This document shows, in pieces, positions 10,680 to 20,737 of a stretch of 64,000 nt of DNA (positions are counted from its first letter, which is position 1; each line of letters begins with the position of its first letter). The notes beneath the pieces are model-generated. The model was not told the DNA's origin. It worked only from the letters and a program-made list of their open reading frames with translations, and did not search any database. The position numbers and the translations under genes were made by a program. The stretch covers positions 1,984,001 to 2,048,000 of the forward strand of contig OY762825.2 of NCBI GenBank assembly GCA_963666425.2, in the 5' to 3' direction. The stretch comes from Bacillota bacterium. GTDB lineage: Bacteria > Bacillota > JAAYKD01.

Positions 10680-11491
10680 AACAGCACATCCTCCATTTCC
10701 TCATTATCAAAAGAGTTGAGGAGGCTCATGCAGAGCAGGATGATTACCATCAGGACGAGCGAGATGGCGGACCCCAGATTGGGATTATAGGTATTGCCGT
10801 AAAACTGCAGATCAATTAGGTCACCGATCAGTAGATTGGCGCCGCCGCCCAACATGCGGGAAATAATAAAGGTGGAGATGGCCGGCACAAAGACCATCGT
10901 AATCCCGGTGGTGATGCCGGGGATGCTCAAAGGCAGCACGACTCGGCGCAGGATATCGAAGAAACCGGCGCCCAGATCGCGCGAGGCTTCAATTAAAGAA
11001 TCGCTGATCTTGATCATAATGGTATAGAGCGGCAGGATCATAAAAGGCAGATAATTGTAGACCATACCGAGCACCACGGCGCCAGGCGTGTTGATCATAT
11101 TCAGCGGTGCGATGCCAAACAAGCCTAAGAAGCGGTTGATCAGACCGGTTTTCTCTAAAATGGTCATCCAGGCATAGGTGCGCAGCAAAAAATTCATCCA
11201 CATCGGCAGCATCACGAGCAAAAGCAGAACACGCTGGTTGCTGGCCACCTGACGTGACATGATATAGGCCAAAGGATAAGCGATCAGCAGGCAAATTACC
11301 GTGGCAATGGCTGCCAGCATGATGGAGCGCATCAGCACCGGCATATACTTGCCAACCTGCGAGATGTTCTCAATGGTCCATTGCCCTTCCGCATTGGTAA
11401 AAGCAAAATAGCCGATCAGCAACAGCGGTACGACAATAAAAATGACCATCCAAACCAGATAAGGAGCGGCGGCCGTTTTGGACTTAAACAT
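10676..11491 (-). CDS. potB: polyamine ABC permease PotB
   Basis: LPMWMNFLLRTYAW, YNYLPFMILPLY, EASRDLGA; start MFKSK just after potA stop. Confidence 0.92.
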   Translation of the reverse strand: MFKSKTAAAPYLVWMVIFIVVPLLLIGYFAFTNAEGQWTIENISQVGKYMPVLMRSIMLAAIATVICLLIAYPLAYIMSRQVASNQRVLLLLVMLPMWMNFLLRTYAWMTILEKTGLINRFLGLFGIAPLNMINTPGAVVLGMVYNYLPFMILPLYTIMIKISDSLIEASRDLGAGFFDILRRVVLPLSIPGITTGITMVFVPAISTFIISRMLGGGANLLIGDLIDLQFYGNTYNPNLGSAISLVLMVIILLCMSLLNSFDNEEMEDVLL

Positions 11492-11492
11492 C

Positions 11493-12545
11493 TCAGTTGC
11501 CCTCCATCTTTTCCATGATCTGGATGTTTTCGGGGGCAATCTGAATACCGATGTGTTTGCCTGGCTCGGCGAATTTCGTGGTATGGATCATCCAGCGCAA
11601 GCCATGGGCGCTGAGCATAATCTCATAATGGACGCCTTTAAAAATTACGCTTTCCACCATACCGCTTAATTGTCCCTCTTCCGGCGCGACAATCACCATA
11701 TCTTCGGGACGAATCACCACATCGACCAGTTCCATGCGGTCCCAGCCGCGATCCACACAAGGGAATTTAACACCGGCAAATTCCACCAGCAGATCCTCAT
11801 GCATAATGCCGTCCACGATATTGCTTTCTCCGATAAAGTCTGCCACAAAAGCATTGACCGGTTCATTATAGATATTGACCGGCGTATCAATTTGTTGAAT
11901 TTTACCGTCTTTCATCACCACGATGCGGTCGGAAAGCGTTAAGGCTTCCTCTTGATCGTGGGTGACATAGATGAAGGTGATTTCCAGGTTTTCCTGGATG
12001 CGTTTCAATTCTTTCTGCATATCCTTGCGTAACTTCAGATCGAGCGCACCCAAAGGTTCGTCCAGCAATAAAACTCGTGGGTAATTGACCAAAGCACGGG
12101 CGATGGCAACACGCTGTTGCTGTCCGCCGGATAATTGGTTGATGTTGCGGTGCTCAAAGCCCTGCAGGTTGACCAATTCAAACATTTCATTGACGCGAGA
12201 CTGGATTTCTTTTTCCGCCAGTTTTTTAACGCGAAGACCAAAGGCAACATTCTCATAAACATTCAAATGGGGAAAAAGGGCATAACGCTGAAATACGGTG
12301 TTGACCGGCCTTAAGTGGGAAGGCACCTCGTTCATATTTTTGCCTTCGAAAATAACGTCTCCTTGCTTTGGCTGGATAAATCCACCGATAATCCGTAGGG
12401 TGGTTGTTTTGCCGCAGCCGGAAGGTCCCAGCAAAGTCACCACTTCTTTATCGTGAATATCCAGGCTGAAGTCGTCCAGGACCCGTTCGCCATTGTATTC
12501 CATCACCAGATTGCGTAAACTAATCAGTACTTTCTCATCTTTCAT
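11493..12545 (-). CDS. potA: polyamine ABC ATPase PotA
   Basis: [34 protein letters not shown] tail. Confidence 0.95.
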   Translation of the reverse strand: MKDEKVLISLRNLVMEYNGERVLDDFSLDIHDKEVVTLLGPSGCGKTTTLRIIGGFIQPKQGDVIFEGKNMNEVPSHLRPVNTVFQRYALFPHLNVYENVAFGLRVKKLAEKEIQSRVNEMFELVNLQGFEHRNINQLSGGQQQRVAIARALVNYPRVLLLDEPLGALDLKLRKDMQKELKRIQENLEITFIYVTHDQEEALTLSDRIVVMKDGKIQQIDTPVNIYNEPVNAFVADFIGESNIVDGIMHEDLLVEFAGVKFPCVDRGWDRMELVDVVIRPEDMVIVAPEEGQLSGMVESVIFKGVHYEIMLSAHGLRWMIHTTKFAEPGKHIGIQIAPENIQIMEKMEGN

Positions 12546-12787
12546 CCTGCAGTTCTCCTTTTCATCGTCACGTATTGGACCAATTAGATTTTGCTTGCAT
12601 CATAAACCTCTTAGAAAAAAATTTTCGCATTCGTCTGAATGCGAATCTCAAATAGAATTATAGCATAAAACGTTCGCCCCAGATATATTTATTTTGTAGT
12701 TTTCAGTGGAAAAGTGAATGGTATTTCTTGGAGGATATTTACGGCGCAACCGCACCGGAAAGAATTATATTTACAGCTCAAAACGGG

Positions 12788-13110
12788 TTATCCATAGGGT
12801 TTCCCCCGTTATTTTCAACTTATCCACAAGTTATACACTGTAAATGGTGGATAAAGCAATGGGACTGCCTGTAGAAACACCAAATTTATCTACTTAGTTA
12901 TCAACAGCCTGTTGATAAACCGGGCAGTTTGCAGAAAAATATCCTGACAAATTGATCAAGAAAAGCCTGTTTCTTAGCTTGTAAAGCTGAACAATAGGAA
13001 AACCAGGCAGTTTTTTATTTTAGTCTATTTCTAGATTAGGTGCTGCACGCGTATATTTTCATCGACAGACAAAAAGGAACAAAGCCGGCTGTGTATAAAA
13101 CGGTGAATAA
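12788..13110. promoter_or_regulatory. DnaA-box cluster
   Basis: Consensus boxes TTATCCACA (12820) and TGTGTATAA (13090). Near-consensus boxes at 12788, 12831, 12846, 12886, 12898, 12910 and 13102, in both orientations, inside a ~715-bp gene-free interval. Confidence 0.75.
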
Positions 13111-13259
13111 AACAACGGCTGGCAGCGGCATCAATAGGATCAATGGCAGGTTGGCTTGAGAATAAGACAATTCAATGAGAGGATAGGGGTGGAATCGGGT
13201 ATAATGGTAGTAAACAGGATCAGGGTGATTCAGTTCAGCTAAAAAGGAGTGGAAAGATC

Positions 13260-14423
13260 ATGCTACAATTACCGAAGAATTTTGAAAGTTACGATTTGGT
13301 CCGGCAAGCCGGTTTTTTGCGTGCCAAGGCGGTCAAGGAAAAAGGCATTCCGATGGTTGGTGTCTTTTGTACCTATACCCCCAAGGAATTGATTATGGCG
13401 GCTGGTGCAGTCAGCGTTGGTCTCTGCGGTATGAGCGAAGAGCCGATTGCCGCGGCGGAAACCAAACTGCCGAAAAACCTCTGTCCCCTGATCAAGTCGA
13501 GTTATGGCTTTGCTGTCAGCGAAACCTGTCCCTATTTTTACTTTTCCGATTTGGTGGTGGGGGAAACCACCTGCGATGGTAAGAAGAAAATGTATGAGCT
13601 TTTGGGACAATTGAAGGATGTTTATGTCATCCATCTGCCGCACAGTCCCAAACGCAGCAAAGCCGTTGAATATTTCTATCAGGAATTGCTGGACTTTAAA
13701 AAAGTGCTGGAAGATAAATTCCGGGTAGAAATCACAGATGAGAAACTGCGCAAAGCCATCCACGAAGCCAATGAGGAACGCGCCGCCATGCTACGATTAT
13801 ATGGACTGGGTAAAATGAATCCGGCTGTGATCTCGGGTTATGAGTTGAGCAGCATCGCTAATGGTTTGGATTTTCAGTTTTTTCATGAGGAGCGCATGGC
13901 TGTGATGAACCAGGCTTATCAGGACGGCTTAAACCGGCTGGAAGCGAGCAAAGCAAAACCGCAGGGAGCACGGCGGCCGCGTTTGATTATCACCGGTTGT
14001 CCGATTGGTGGTGTACGGGAGAAGATTATCAAGGCTGTAGAGGATTTAGGTGCTGATGTGGTCAGCTTTGAAATCTGCAGCGGTCCCAGAGAAAAACAAA
14101 CGGCGGTGGATGAAAACCCAGAGAAGGATCCGCTCTGGGCCATGGCCGAAAAATACCTGCAAATTGGTTGTTCCATTATGACGCCGAATGATTCCCGTTT
14201 GGTTACACTGGAAAACATGGTACGGGAGTATCAAGCCGATGCTGTCCTGGAAGTTGTTCTGCAGGCTTGCCATACCTATAACGTGGAATCGTACACGATT
14301 AAGCGCTTTGTCACCGACAGCCTGAAGAAACCGTATTACATGCTGGAGACGGATTATTCCAAAGCCGATTCCGGACAAATTCAAACCCGGCTGGAAGCAT
14401 TTTTGGAGACGATTCCATGCTAG
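13260..14423 (+). CDS. HgdB/FldC-like protein, YjiM/double-cubane cluster protein type
   Basis: VGVFCTYTP, LPKNLCPLIKSSYG, GETTCDGKKK, LQACHTYNVE, ETDYS..D.GQ..TRLEAF. Confidence 0.85.
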   Translation: MLQLPKNFESYDLVRQAGFLRAKAVKEKGIPMVGVFCTYTPKELIMAAGAVSVGLCGMSEEPIAAAETKLPKNLCPLIKSSYGFAVSETCPYFYFSDLVVGETTCDGKKKMYELLGQLKDVYVIHLPHSPKRSKAVEYFYQELLDFKKVLEDKFRVEITDEKLRKAIHEANEERAAMLRLYGLGKMNPAVISGYELSSIANGLDFQFFHEERMAVMNQAYQDGLNRLEASKAKPQGARRPRLIITGCPIGGVREKIIKAVEDLGADVVSFEICSGPREKQTAVDENPEKDPLWAMAEKYLQIGCSIMTPNDSRLVTLENMVREYQADAVLEVVLQACHTYNVESYTIKRFVTDSLKKPYYMLETDYSKADSGQIQTRLEAFLETIPC

Positions 14424-15181
14424 ATGCCATAGGAATTGACATTGGTTCCACCGCAACTAAAGTGCTCGTGCGCCGCGACGGGCAGATTTTCTGTACGCTT
14501 CTGATGCCAACCGGTTGGAACAGCCGGGAGACGGCGCTGAAAATTCAGGAAGAACTCCTGTTGAGAGGTGTGGATGTCAAAAACAGCAGCAGCATAGTGG
14601 TGGCTACCGGCTATGGCCGCATTTCGGTACCGTATGCGCAAAAGCAACTCACGGAGATCACCTGCCACGGCCTGGGCGGAGCAGCACTGGCAGGCGGTGA
14701 CACGACCATCATCGACATCGGCGGACAGGATACGAAAGTAATCACATTGGCAGATGGAGCGGTGTCTGCTTTTACCATGAATGATAAATGCTCGGCTGGT
14801 ACAGGCAGGTTTCTGGAGATTATGGCGAACCGCATGGCCGTCGATCTGGTGGAACTCTGCATGTTGGCAGAACAAGGTGTCATCTTGCCGATCAGCTCGA
14901 TGTGCACGGTGTTTGCGGAATCGGAAGTGATTGGCTATATTGGCAGCGGAGCCGCCAAGGCGGATATTTCGGCCGGAATCATTGATTCTGTTTTATCGAA
15001 GGTGACCAGTTTGGTGCAGCGGCATGGGCCGGGGCCGCAGTATTTGCTGACCGGCGGTTTATGCGATCTGCCCTATATCTGCCGCCGCTTAAGCGAGAAA
15101 CTGCAGGCTCCGGTGAAAACAGAAAAGATGTGCCGCTATGCAGGCGCCTTGGGTGCCGCGCTGAAAGCGGAACAGCTCTAA
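14417..15181 (+). CDS. ATP-dependent [4Fe-4S] activase (HgdC/YjiL family)
   Basis: GIDIGSTATK, ATGYGR, IDIGGQDTK, MNDKCSAGTGRFLE, SSMCTVFAESE. Confidence 0.92.
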   Translation: MLDAIGIDIGSTATKVLVRRDGQIFCTLLMPTGWNSRETALKIQEELLLRGVDVKNSSSIVVATGYGRISVPYAQKQLTEITCHGLGGAALAGGDTTIIDIGGQDTKVITLADGAVSAFTMNDKCSAGTGRFLEIMANRMAVDLVELCMLAEQGVILPISSMCTVFAESEVIGYIGSGAAKADISAGIIDSVLSKVTSLVQRHGPGPQYLLTGGLCDLPYICRRLSEKLQAPVKTEKMCRYAGALGAALKAEQL

Positions 15182-15191
15182 AGCAAGGAAA

Positions 15192-15239
15192 GGAGTCTGA
15201 AGCAATGCGCGCCAGAACAGCAGCATTGCTTCAGACTCC
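15192..15239. terminator. 17-bp inverted repeat between convergent genes (probable terminator)
   Basis: GGAGTCTGAAGCAATGC / GCATTGCTTCAGACTCC. Confidence 0.65.
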
Positions 15240-15257
15240 GATTATTTTATCCTGCTT

Positions 15258-16424
15258 CTAGCAGCATTCCTCAAACAATTTGGCGGCGGTCTCCATATTT
15301 ACCGTCACATTCAAGCCGAACGGACAGCGCTTGACGCAGGCACCGCAGGCCAGACATTCCGACGGTTTGACCTCTAAATTTTCATAAGCTTGCTTTAAGG
15401 CTTCGGTCATGCCGTGATTTTTGACAGCGTCGAGCAGCCTAGTTGTTTCGGCAATATTGATATGCATCGGGCAGGGCAGGCAATGGTTGCAATACATGCA
15501 GGTTTTATTGCCGCCCGTATTAATTGTGGCTAAAACAGGGTGGTAATCTTTCTCTGCGGCGCTGTTCTGGGCAAAAGCGGCGGCGGTTTTTACTTCCTCC
15601 AGATTTTTGCAGCCAACCAGCACGCTGCTCACTGCCGGACGATCCAGGGCATACTGCACACATTGCGCTACGGTGAGGGCTTTGCCAAACGGAGAATCGG
15701 CCGGATCCAAAAGACTACCGGCAGCCAGCGACTTCATGACGGTGATGCCAACCTTCCGCTCGGCGCAGAGGTTGTAGAATTTGACGCGTTCCTCGTCGAT
15801 CGTCATCGTGGTGGGGAATTTATCCTCATCCTTCATGCCAAAGAACGTATCCACATTGGGCATGACCAGATCAAAAATCGGACTGATGCTGAACATCACC
15901 ACGTCAATTTTGCCGGTCTTGACAATTTCCTGCGCTACTCGCGGGTTGTGCGAGCTGACCCCGAGGAAATGAAAGACACCCTTTTCTTTTTGTTCGCACA
16001 TATAATCGAGAATGCCGTGTTCCAGCACTGTCTGCCAATCGGATAATTCATCTACGTAATGCAGCATGGCAATGTCGATGTAATCGGTATGAAAGCGCTG
16101 CAGAAAATCTGCGATGTAGATTTTGCATTGTTCCAGATCGCGGCTGCGTTTGTATTGTCCGTTTTCTACTACGGCGCCGACATGACCCTGCAGATACATT
16201 TTATCCCGCTGGCCTTGGAGCGCATCACCGATTTTACTGCGGACATCCGGATCGGACATAAACACATCCATCAGATTGATCCCCTGGCTGATGGCATAGT
16301 CGATCATTTGCTTGGCTTCTTCCGGTGAGGCTTTGACGAAATATTCGCCGCCCAAACCAATTTCGCTAACCTTCAGGCCGGTTTTTCCTAAACTGCGATA
16401 ATTCACAAGATCCGCTCCCTTCAA
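15258..16424 (-). CDS. aldo/keto reductase with C-terminal 4Fe-4S dicluster
   Basis: YRSLGKTGLKVSEIGLG, TDYIDI, CMYCNHCLPCP, CLACGACVKRCP. Confidence 0.9.
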   Translation of the reverse strand: MKGADLVNYRSLGKTGLKVSEIGLGGEYFVKASPEEAKQMIDYAISQGINLMDVFMSDPDVRSKIGDALQGQRDKMYLQGHVGAVVENGQYKRSRDLEQCKIYIADFLQRFHTDYIDIAMLHYVDELSDWQTVLEHGILDYMCEQKEKGVFHFLGVSSHNPRVAQEIVKTGKIDVVMFSISPIFDLVMPNVDTFFGMKDEDKFPTTMTIDEERVKFYNLCAERKVGITVMKSLAAGSLLDPADSPFGKALTVAQCVQYALDRPAVSSVLVGCKNLEEVKTAAAFAQNSAAEKDYHPVLATINTGGNKTCMYCNHCLPCPMHINIAETTRLLDAVKNHGMTEALKQAYENLEVKPSECLACGACVKRCPFGLNVTVNMETAAKLFEECC

Positions 16425-16691
16425 ACTGTTTTATGACTAATTCGTTCTGATTGGGAAAGAACCCTTCTTCGCACAGCCAATAATAGAAAAAAATGGCTAA
16501 TAAAAAAGGACTGTGATGGAGTTTAATTTCCAAAAAACAGCAAGCAGGCTGGATTGACTTGCCTGAGCAGAGGAATCGAACCTGTGTGGAAAGTGAATTT
16601 TAATCGACAGAAAAGTCAGCGTTTGCGATAGCGCTGTTTGCACTCTTGTGCTATACTAGAAAACATATTTAGAATGAAAAGAGGCCAATCC

Positions 16692-17261
16692 ATGCAAGTA
16701 TTCCACTTAACACAAAAGGATTATATCACCTCCATTTGGAGCGGCGGCAGCACCACACAGCTGTTCCTCTGGCCGCCGCAAGGCAATTATAACGAACGCG
16801 ATTTTCTCTTCCGTATCAGCTCTGCCACCGTGGAAACAGAAACCTCCACCTTTACAGAACTGCCCGGAATTGGCCGATATATCACACCGCTGCAAGGCAG
16901 CTTGACCTTGCAGCATAAAGGTCATCATACGGTCACCCTGCAGCCGCTGCAGATTGACAGTTTCTCCGGCAACTGGCAAACGACCAGTATTGGCAAGGCG
17001 CGTGATTTTAACCTGATGCTGAAAAAATGTCAGGGTCAATTGGCGCTGCTGCCGCGGCGGATGCGCCTGGAAATTGAGCCGGCCAGACGAGAGTCTTTTG
17101 AAGGATTTTATTTTACCAAACCCGGCAATTGTTTAGTGCAGGGCACAACCTACCCAGTGCAGGCAGGAGATCTGCTGCTGCTGCATTTGCTGGCAGAAGA
17201 GGAACGCATTGAAGTGATCCTGCAAACGGAAGAGACGCTGCATCTCGCGATCCAATTGTAA
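16692..17261 (+). CDS. HutD/Ves family protein
   Basis: WSGGSTTQL, FLFRISSATVE, DFNLM; SD GAGG before ATG 16692. Confidence 0.85.
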   Translation: MQVFHLTQKDYITSIWSGGSTTQLFLWPPQGNYNERDFLFRISSATVETETSTFTELPGIGRYITPLQGSLTLQHKGHHTVTLQPLQIDSFSGNWQTTSIGKARDFNLMLKKCQGQLALLPRRMRLEIEPARRESFEGFYFTKPGNCLVQGTTYPVQAGDLLLLHLLAEEERIEVILQTEETLHLAIQL

Positions 17262-17299
17262 GCGAATAGAGTAAGAAAAGAAAGGCAGTTGAACCAACA

Positions 17300-17686
17300 A
17301 TGAAAAGTATCAAACCCGGACGCGGTCCCTCCATGATGAGCGGTATCGCTTCCCTGGCGGTGGGAGTCTTTGGCATCGTATGGACTTTTGCCGCCGCTTC
17401 CATGGGCGCACCTGGTTTCTTTAGCCTGTTTGGTGTCTTTTTTGTCCTGATGGCGGTTGTCAGCGGAATTTACAATATCCGCAATGCCACTGCGGAACAG
17501 CGCTACTCTGCTTTTGATATTACCGATGGAAGCGAAGAAGCAGACCCGCTGAATCAGCACTTTGGCGCAGCTCCCGAGCAGACTGACACAGCGGCAGCCC
17601 AAAGCGACGGCCGCTTTTGCCCCTATTGCGGCGCCTCCGTAGAGGAAGATTACAGCTATTGCCGCCAATGCGGCAAGAAACTCTAA
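17300..17686 (+). CDS. 2-TM membrane protein with C-terminal zinc ribbon
   Basis: Two hydrophobic helices; FCPYCG...YCRQCGKKL. Confidence 0.8.
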   Translation: MKSIKPGRGPSMMSGIASLAVGVFGIVWTFAAASMGAPGFFSLFGVFFVLMAVVSGIYNIRNATAEQRYSAFDITDGSEEADPLNQHFGAAPEQTDTAAAQSDGRFCPYCGASVEEDYSYCRQCGKKL

Positions 17687-17759
17687 AAATCGGCTTACCG
17701 CCATAACTTACCCTCGCTTTAACCCATCTTCGCCGTAGTCATCTTTTATCGTAACCATC

Positions 17760-18470
17760 TTGTGTTGTAATCCCATCCCCGTCGTCCCCTCTTTTGTCGT
17801 TCCCCCTCTTGTAATATATTATTCTGCTTTACGGCCACTAGACTTTCACCAAATGTAGGGAACGGTCTTGACCGTTCCGCCGTAACCCATCCTCGTCGTT
17901 CCCCCCCTCCGTCGTCCCCTCTTTCGTCGTCATCCCTCTAGTAACATATTATTCTGCCTTACGGCTACTTGATTTTTACCAAATGTAGGGAATGGTCTTG
18001 ACCATTCCGCCATAACCAACCTCGCCGTGACTTCCCTCGTCGTCCCCTCTTTCGCCGTCCCCTCTAGTAACATATTATTCTGCCTCACGGCTACTAGACT
18101 TTTACCAAATGTAGGGAACGGTCTTGACCGTTCCGCCGTAACCCATCCTCGTCGTTCCCCCCCTCCGTCGTCCCCTCTTTCGCCGTCCCCTCTAGTAACA
18201 TATTATTCTGCCTCACGGCTACTAGACTTTTACCAAATGTAGGGAACGGTCTTGACCGTTCCGCCGTAACCCATCCTCGTCGTTCCCCCCCTCCGTCGTC
18301 CCCTCTTTCGTCGTCATCCCTCTAGTAACATATTATTCTGCCTCACGGCTACTAGGCTTTTACCAAATGTAGGGAACGGTCTTGACCGTTCCGCCGTAAC
18401 CAACCTCGTCGTAACCCATCCTCGTTCCCCTCCCTCCGTCGTAACCATCGTGCGTCGTCATCCCTTTAGT
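17760..18470 (+). repeat. tandem array of ~126-130-bp units, each carrying a REP-like GTAG+hairpin
   Basis: GTAG-GGAACGGTC-TT-GACCGTTCC at 17855, 17985, 18111, 18239, 18369; the linker sequences are near-identical. Confidence 0.9.
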
Positions 18471-18584
18471 AACAAATTAAAATATCGGCGCTGCGAGCAA
18501 ATGTTGATAAGCATGAAACAGGAGTTCTCCTTTAAAAAAACAAAAAAACACCGGCGGTGTGAGCAGAGAGGAAGCGAGAAAAAA

Positions 18585-18995
18585 ATGCGATCCTTAAATA
18601 TTGTGGTGGTCTATGATCCAACCGGAGAAAATCTGCTCTTTTGCAAGCGCCGCAAGAAACCCTTTCTGGGCTTGTATAACTTTGTGGGCGGCAAACTGGA
18701 GCCGGGAGAAGAGCCGCTGCAGGCTGCTTACCGTGAACTGCAGGAAGAAACCGGTATCCCGCCGCAGTTGATAGACTTGTGTCATTTTATGGACTTCACC
18801 TATTATCTGGATGATCTGCTGCTGCAGGTCTTTGTGGGCAAATTAAAACAGCCGTTTGCGGTGCACGGCACGGAAAACCAACTGCTTTGGTTACCAACAG
18901 AGCAGAACTTCTTTGATGAGACCGTTTTTGCCGGTCACGGTAATATCGGCCATATCCTGGCCATGCTGAACGATCCCACCGCGCAGAAGTTTTAG
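18585..18995 (+). CDS. NUDIX hydrolase (MutT-like)
   Basis: Nudix box GGKLEPGEEPLQAAYRELQEETG. Confidence 0.9.
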   Translation: MRSLNIVVVYDPTGENLLFCKRRKKPFLGLYNFVGGKLEPGEEPLQAAYRELQEETGIPPQLIDLCHFMDFTYYLDDLLLQVFVGKLKQPFAVHGTENQLLWLPTEQNFFDETVFAGHGNIGHILAMLNDPTAQKF

Positions 18996-19114
18996 ATGCT
19001 CTCTCGTCTTACGACCAAGCGGCTTCCAATTTGCTATCTCGCTGTAACTTCTTTGCCGTCATAACCGTTTGCATAACAAGCTATTTCGTCTTATGACCAC
19101 AAAGTTTTCAATTT

Positions 19115-19275
19115 GTCGCCGTAACCATCCCCGTCGTAACCCCTCTCCGTCGTAATCCCTCTTGCATCATGTTCTACCGCCTTACGATTACAAAATTTTA
19201 CCAAATGTAGGGAACGGTCTTGACCGTTCCGCGTAACCCATCCTCCGTCATCCCCCTCCCCGTCGTCACCTCTCA
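19115..19275 (+). repeat. solo, diverged copy of the REP-like unit
   Basis: CCAAATGTAGGGAACGGTCTTGACCGTTCCG (GTAG at 19207) with similar CCGTCGT-rich flanks. Confidence 0.85.
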
Positions 19276-19379
19276 CAAGCCCGATTGTGATACTGTAACC
19301 CACATCACTTCTCAAGCGATTTGCTATCTTGCTCACAAACCTAGCGATGAACCGATCATCGAAAGGAGCTCAAAAGCCC

Positions 19380-19760
19380 ATGAGTGACTATGATAATACG
19401 TTTTGGTATTTGGTGGGTCAAAACAGCAACGACCCGGGTGGACCTTCCGGCGGTGGGAGAGGACCCGGCTGTTTTGTATGGTCGCTGATTCTTTTTGTTT
19501 GCGTTTTCCTCCCGCTTTGGTTCCTGGTATCCTTGAACCTAAGTGACGGAATGCTAATTGTAGTTGTTGCTACTGCGGCTTATTTACTCTGGCGCTATGC
19601 TACAAAGGATCAGAAGAAAAGGGAAGAACAAAAAAAGCAGGAGCAGGCGAGGCTGGAGCAACAGAAACTTGATTGGGAGAAGCAGAAACAGGAAAAACTG
19701 GACCTGGAGAAGCAGGAAAAAGAGCAAAAAGAACAGCAGGAAGATCCGGAACTGATGTGA
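19380..19760 (+). CDS. hypothetical membrane protein with charged coiled-coil tail
   Basis: SD GAAAGGAG, two TM helices, E/Q/K-rich C-terminus. Confidence 0.7.
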   Translation: MSDYDNTFWYLVGQNSNDPGGPSGGGRGPGCFVWSLILFVCVFLPLWFLVSLNLSDGMLIVVVATAAYLLWRYATKDQKKREEQKKQEQARLEQQKLDWEKQKQEKLDLEKQEKEQKEQQEDPELM

Positions 19761-19932
19761 GGGCGAAAACATCTTTTGAAGAGAATGTATTTTTATAGAA
19801 ACAGAAAAAGTTCTTTAGAAGTAAACGGGTAAGCGGTTTATCTTACTTGTATTGCAGCTAAGGAATACTTACCGGATAAGGCTATGTCCTATGTGCAAAA
19901 AGGTTCGTTTTGATTAGCAAAAGCACAAGCTC

Positions 19933-20023
19933 TTGACAGGTTTAATTAAAGTGATTACTATACAACCAATAACACAACATCGTATTCCGTGGAAGCTGCT
20001 TCCGTGGAATACGATGTTTTTTT
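19933..20023 (+). promoter_or_regulatory. promoter followed immediately by a 20-bp terminator-like hairpin
   Basis: TTGACA, 17 nt, TACTAT; hairpin 19976-20018 followed by a T-run. Confidence 0.6.
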
Positions 20024-20217
20024 ACTACTTGCTGTATCCCCTAGTAAATCCTTGCTGTTTCCCACCATTTTTGCTGTAGTTCCCGCTTACCTTCCGTCAC
20101 TTTCCATCTATTTTGCTGCAGCACTTGCATCAACTGCGCAGATGCATACGTTTTGATCTTTGCTTATACTGCAGTCAGCAGCGGGCCCACTGCAAAAAAA
20201 GGAAAGGAATGATAAAC

Positions 20218-20442
20218 ATGGCAGCAACAAACACCGCCAAACCCACCTCTCTGTCTCTCAAGTTCATCACCGCCACCGTCAATGGAGTAAACACCTATCT
20301 CAGCCGCACCTACAACAACATTAAAGCAGGCGCGACCGACGATAACGTCTTCAGCGTGGCAACTACGCTTGCCGCTCTCACAACCTACACGCTCAGCGCC
20401 GTTACCCGCAACGATAAGGGTGATCTCACTGAAGCCGTTTAG
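20218..20442 (+). CDS. DUF1659-like small protein
   Basis: 74 aa; SLSLKF...SRTYNNIKAGATDDNVFSVA pattern; strong SD. Confidence 0.7.
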   Translation: MAATNTAKPTSLSLKFITATVNGVNTYLSRTYNNIKAGATDDNVFSVATTLAALTTYTLSAVTRNDKGDLTEAV

Positions 20443-20477
20443 GCTTCTACCGAACTTTGAAAGGAGTCTCTTAAAAA

Positions 20478-20717
20478 ATGGCTGTACAACAATCGAAAAC
20501 TCTGGTACTTAAATTCACGCTTGCCAATGGCAAAAGCATGACTCTCAATGTGCCCAATCCCTCCGAAACCTTGGCGGCCGCTGATGCAATTGCCGCCATG
20601 CAGGCCATCATCACCGCCAACATCTTTGAAGTGGGCGGCTCCTCCGTTACCGCTATCTCCGACGCCTATATCAACGACCTGACCAAGACCGATATCCAAG
20701 TCGTTAGCGGCGCTTAA
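20478..20717 (+). CDS. DUF2922-like small protein
   Basis: KTLVLKF...GKSMTLNVPNP...AMQAIITANIF pattern; adjacent to DUF1659-like gene as is usual. Confidence 0.8.
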   Translation: MAVQQSKTLVLKFTLANGKSMTLNVPNPSETLAAADAIAAMQAIITANIFEVGGSSVTAISDAYINDLTKTDIQVVSGA

Positions 20718-20737
20718 GCACCCCGGAGGAACGGTAA

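Noticed and set aside
12788-13110. Firm call as oriC
   Set aside because: No dnaA/dnaN adjacent and no clear DnaA-trio run; GC skew cannot be assessed from this window
17855-18400. CRISPR array
   Set aside because: The ~100-bp sequences between hairpins are near-identical to each other rather than unique spacers, and there are no cas genes
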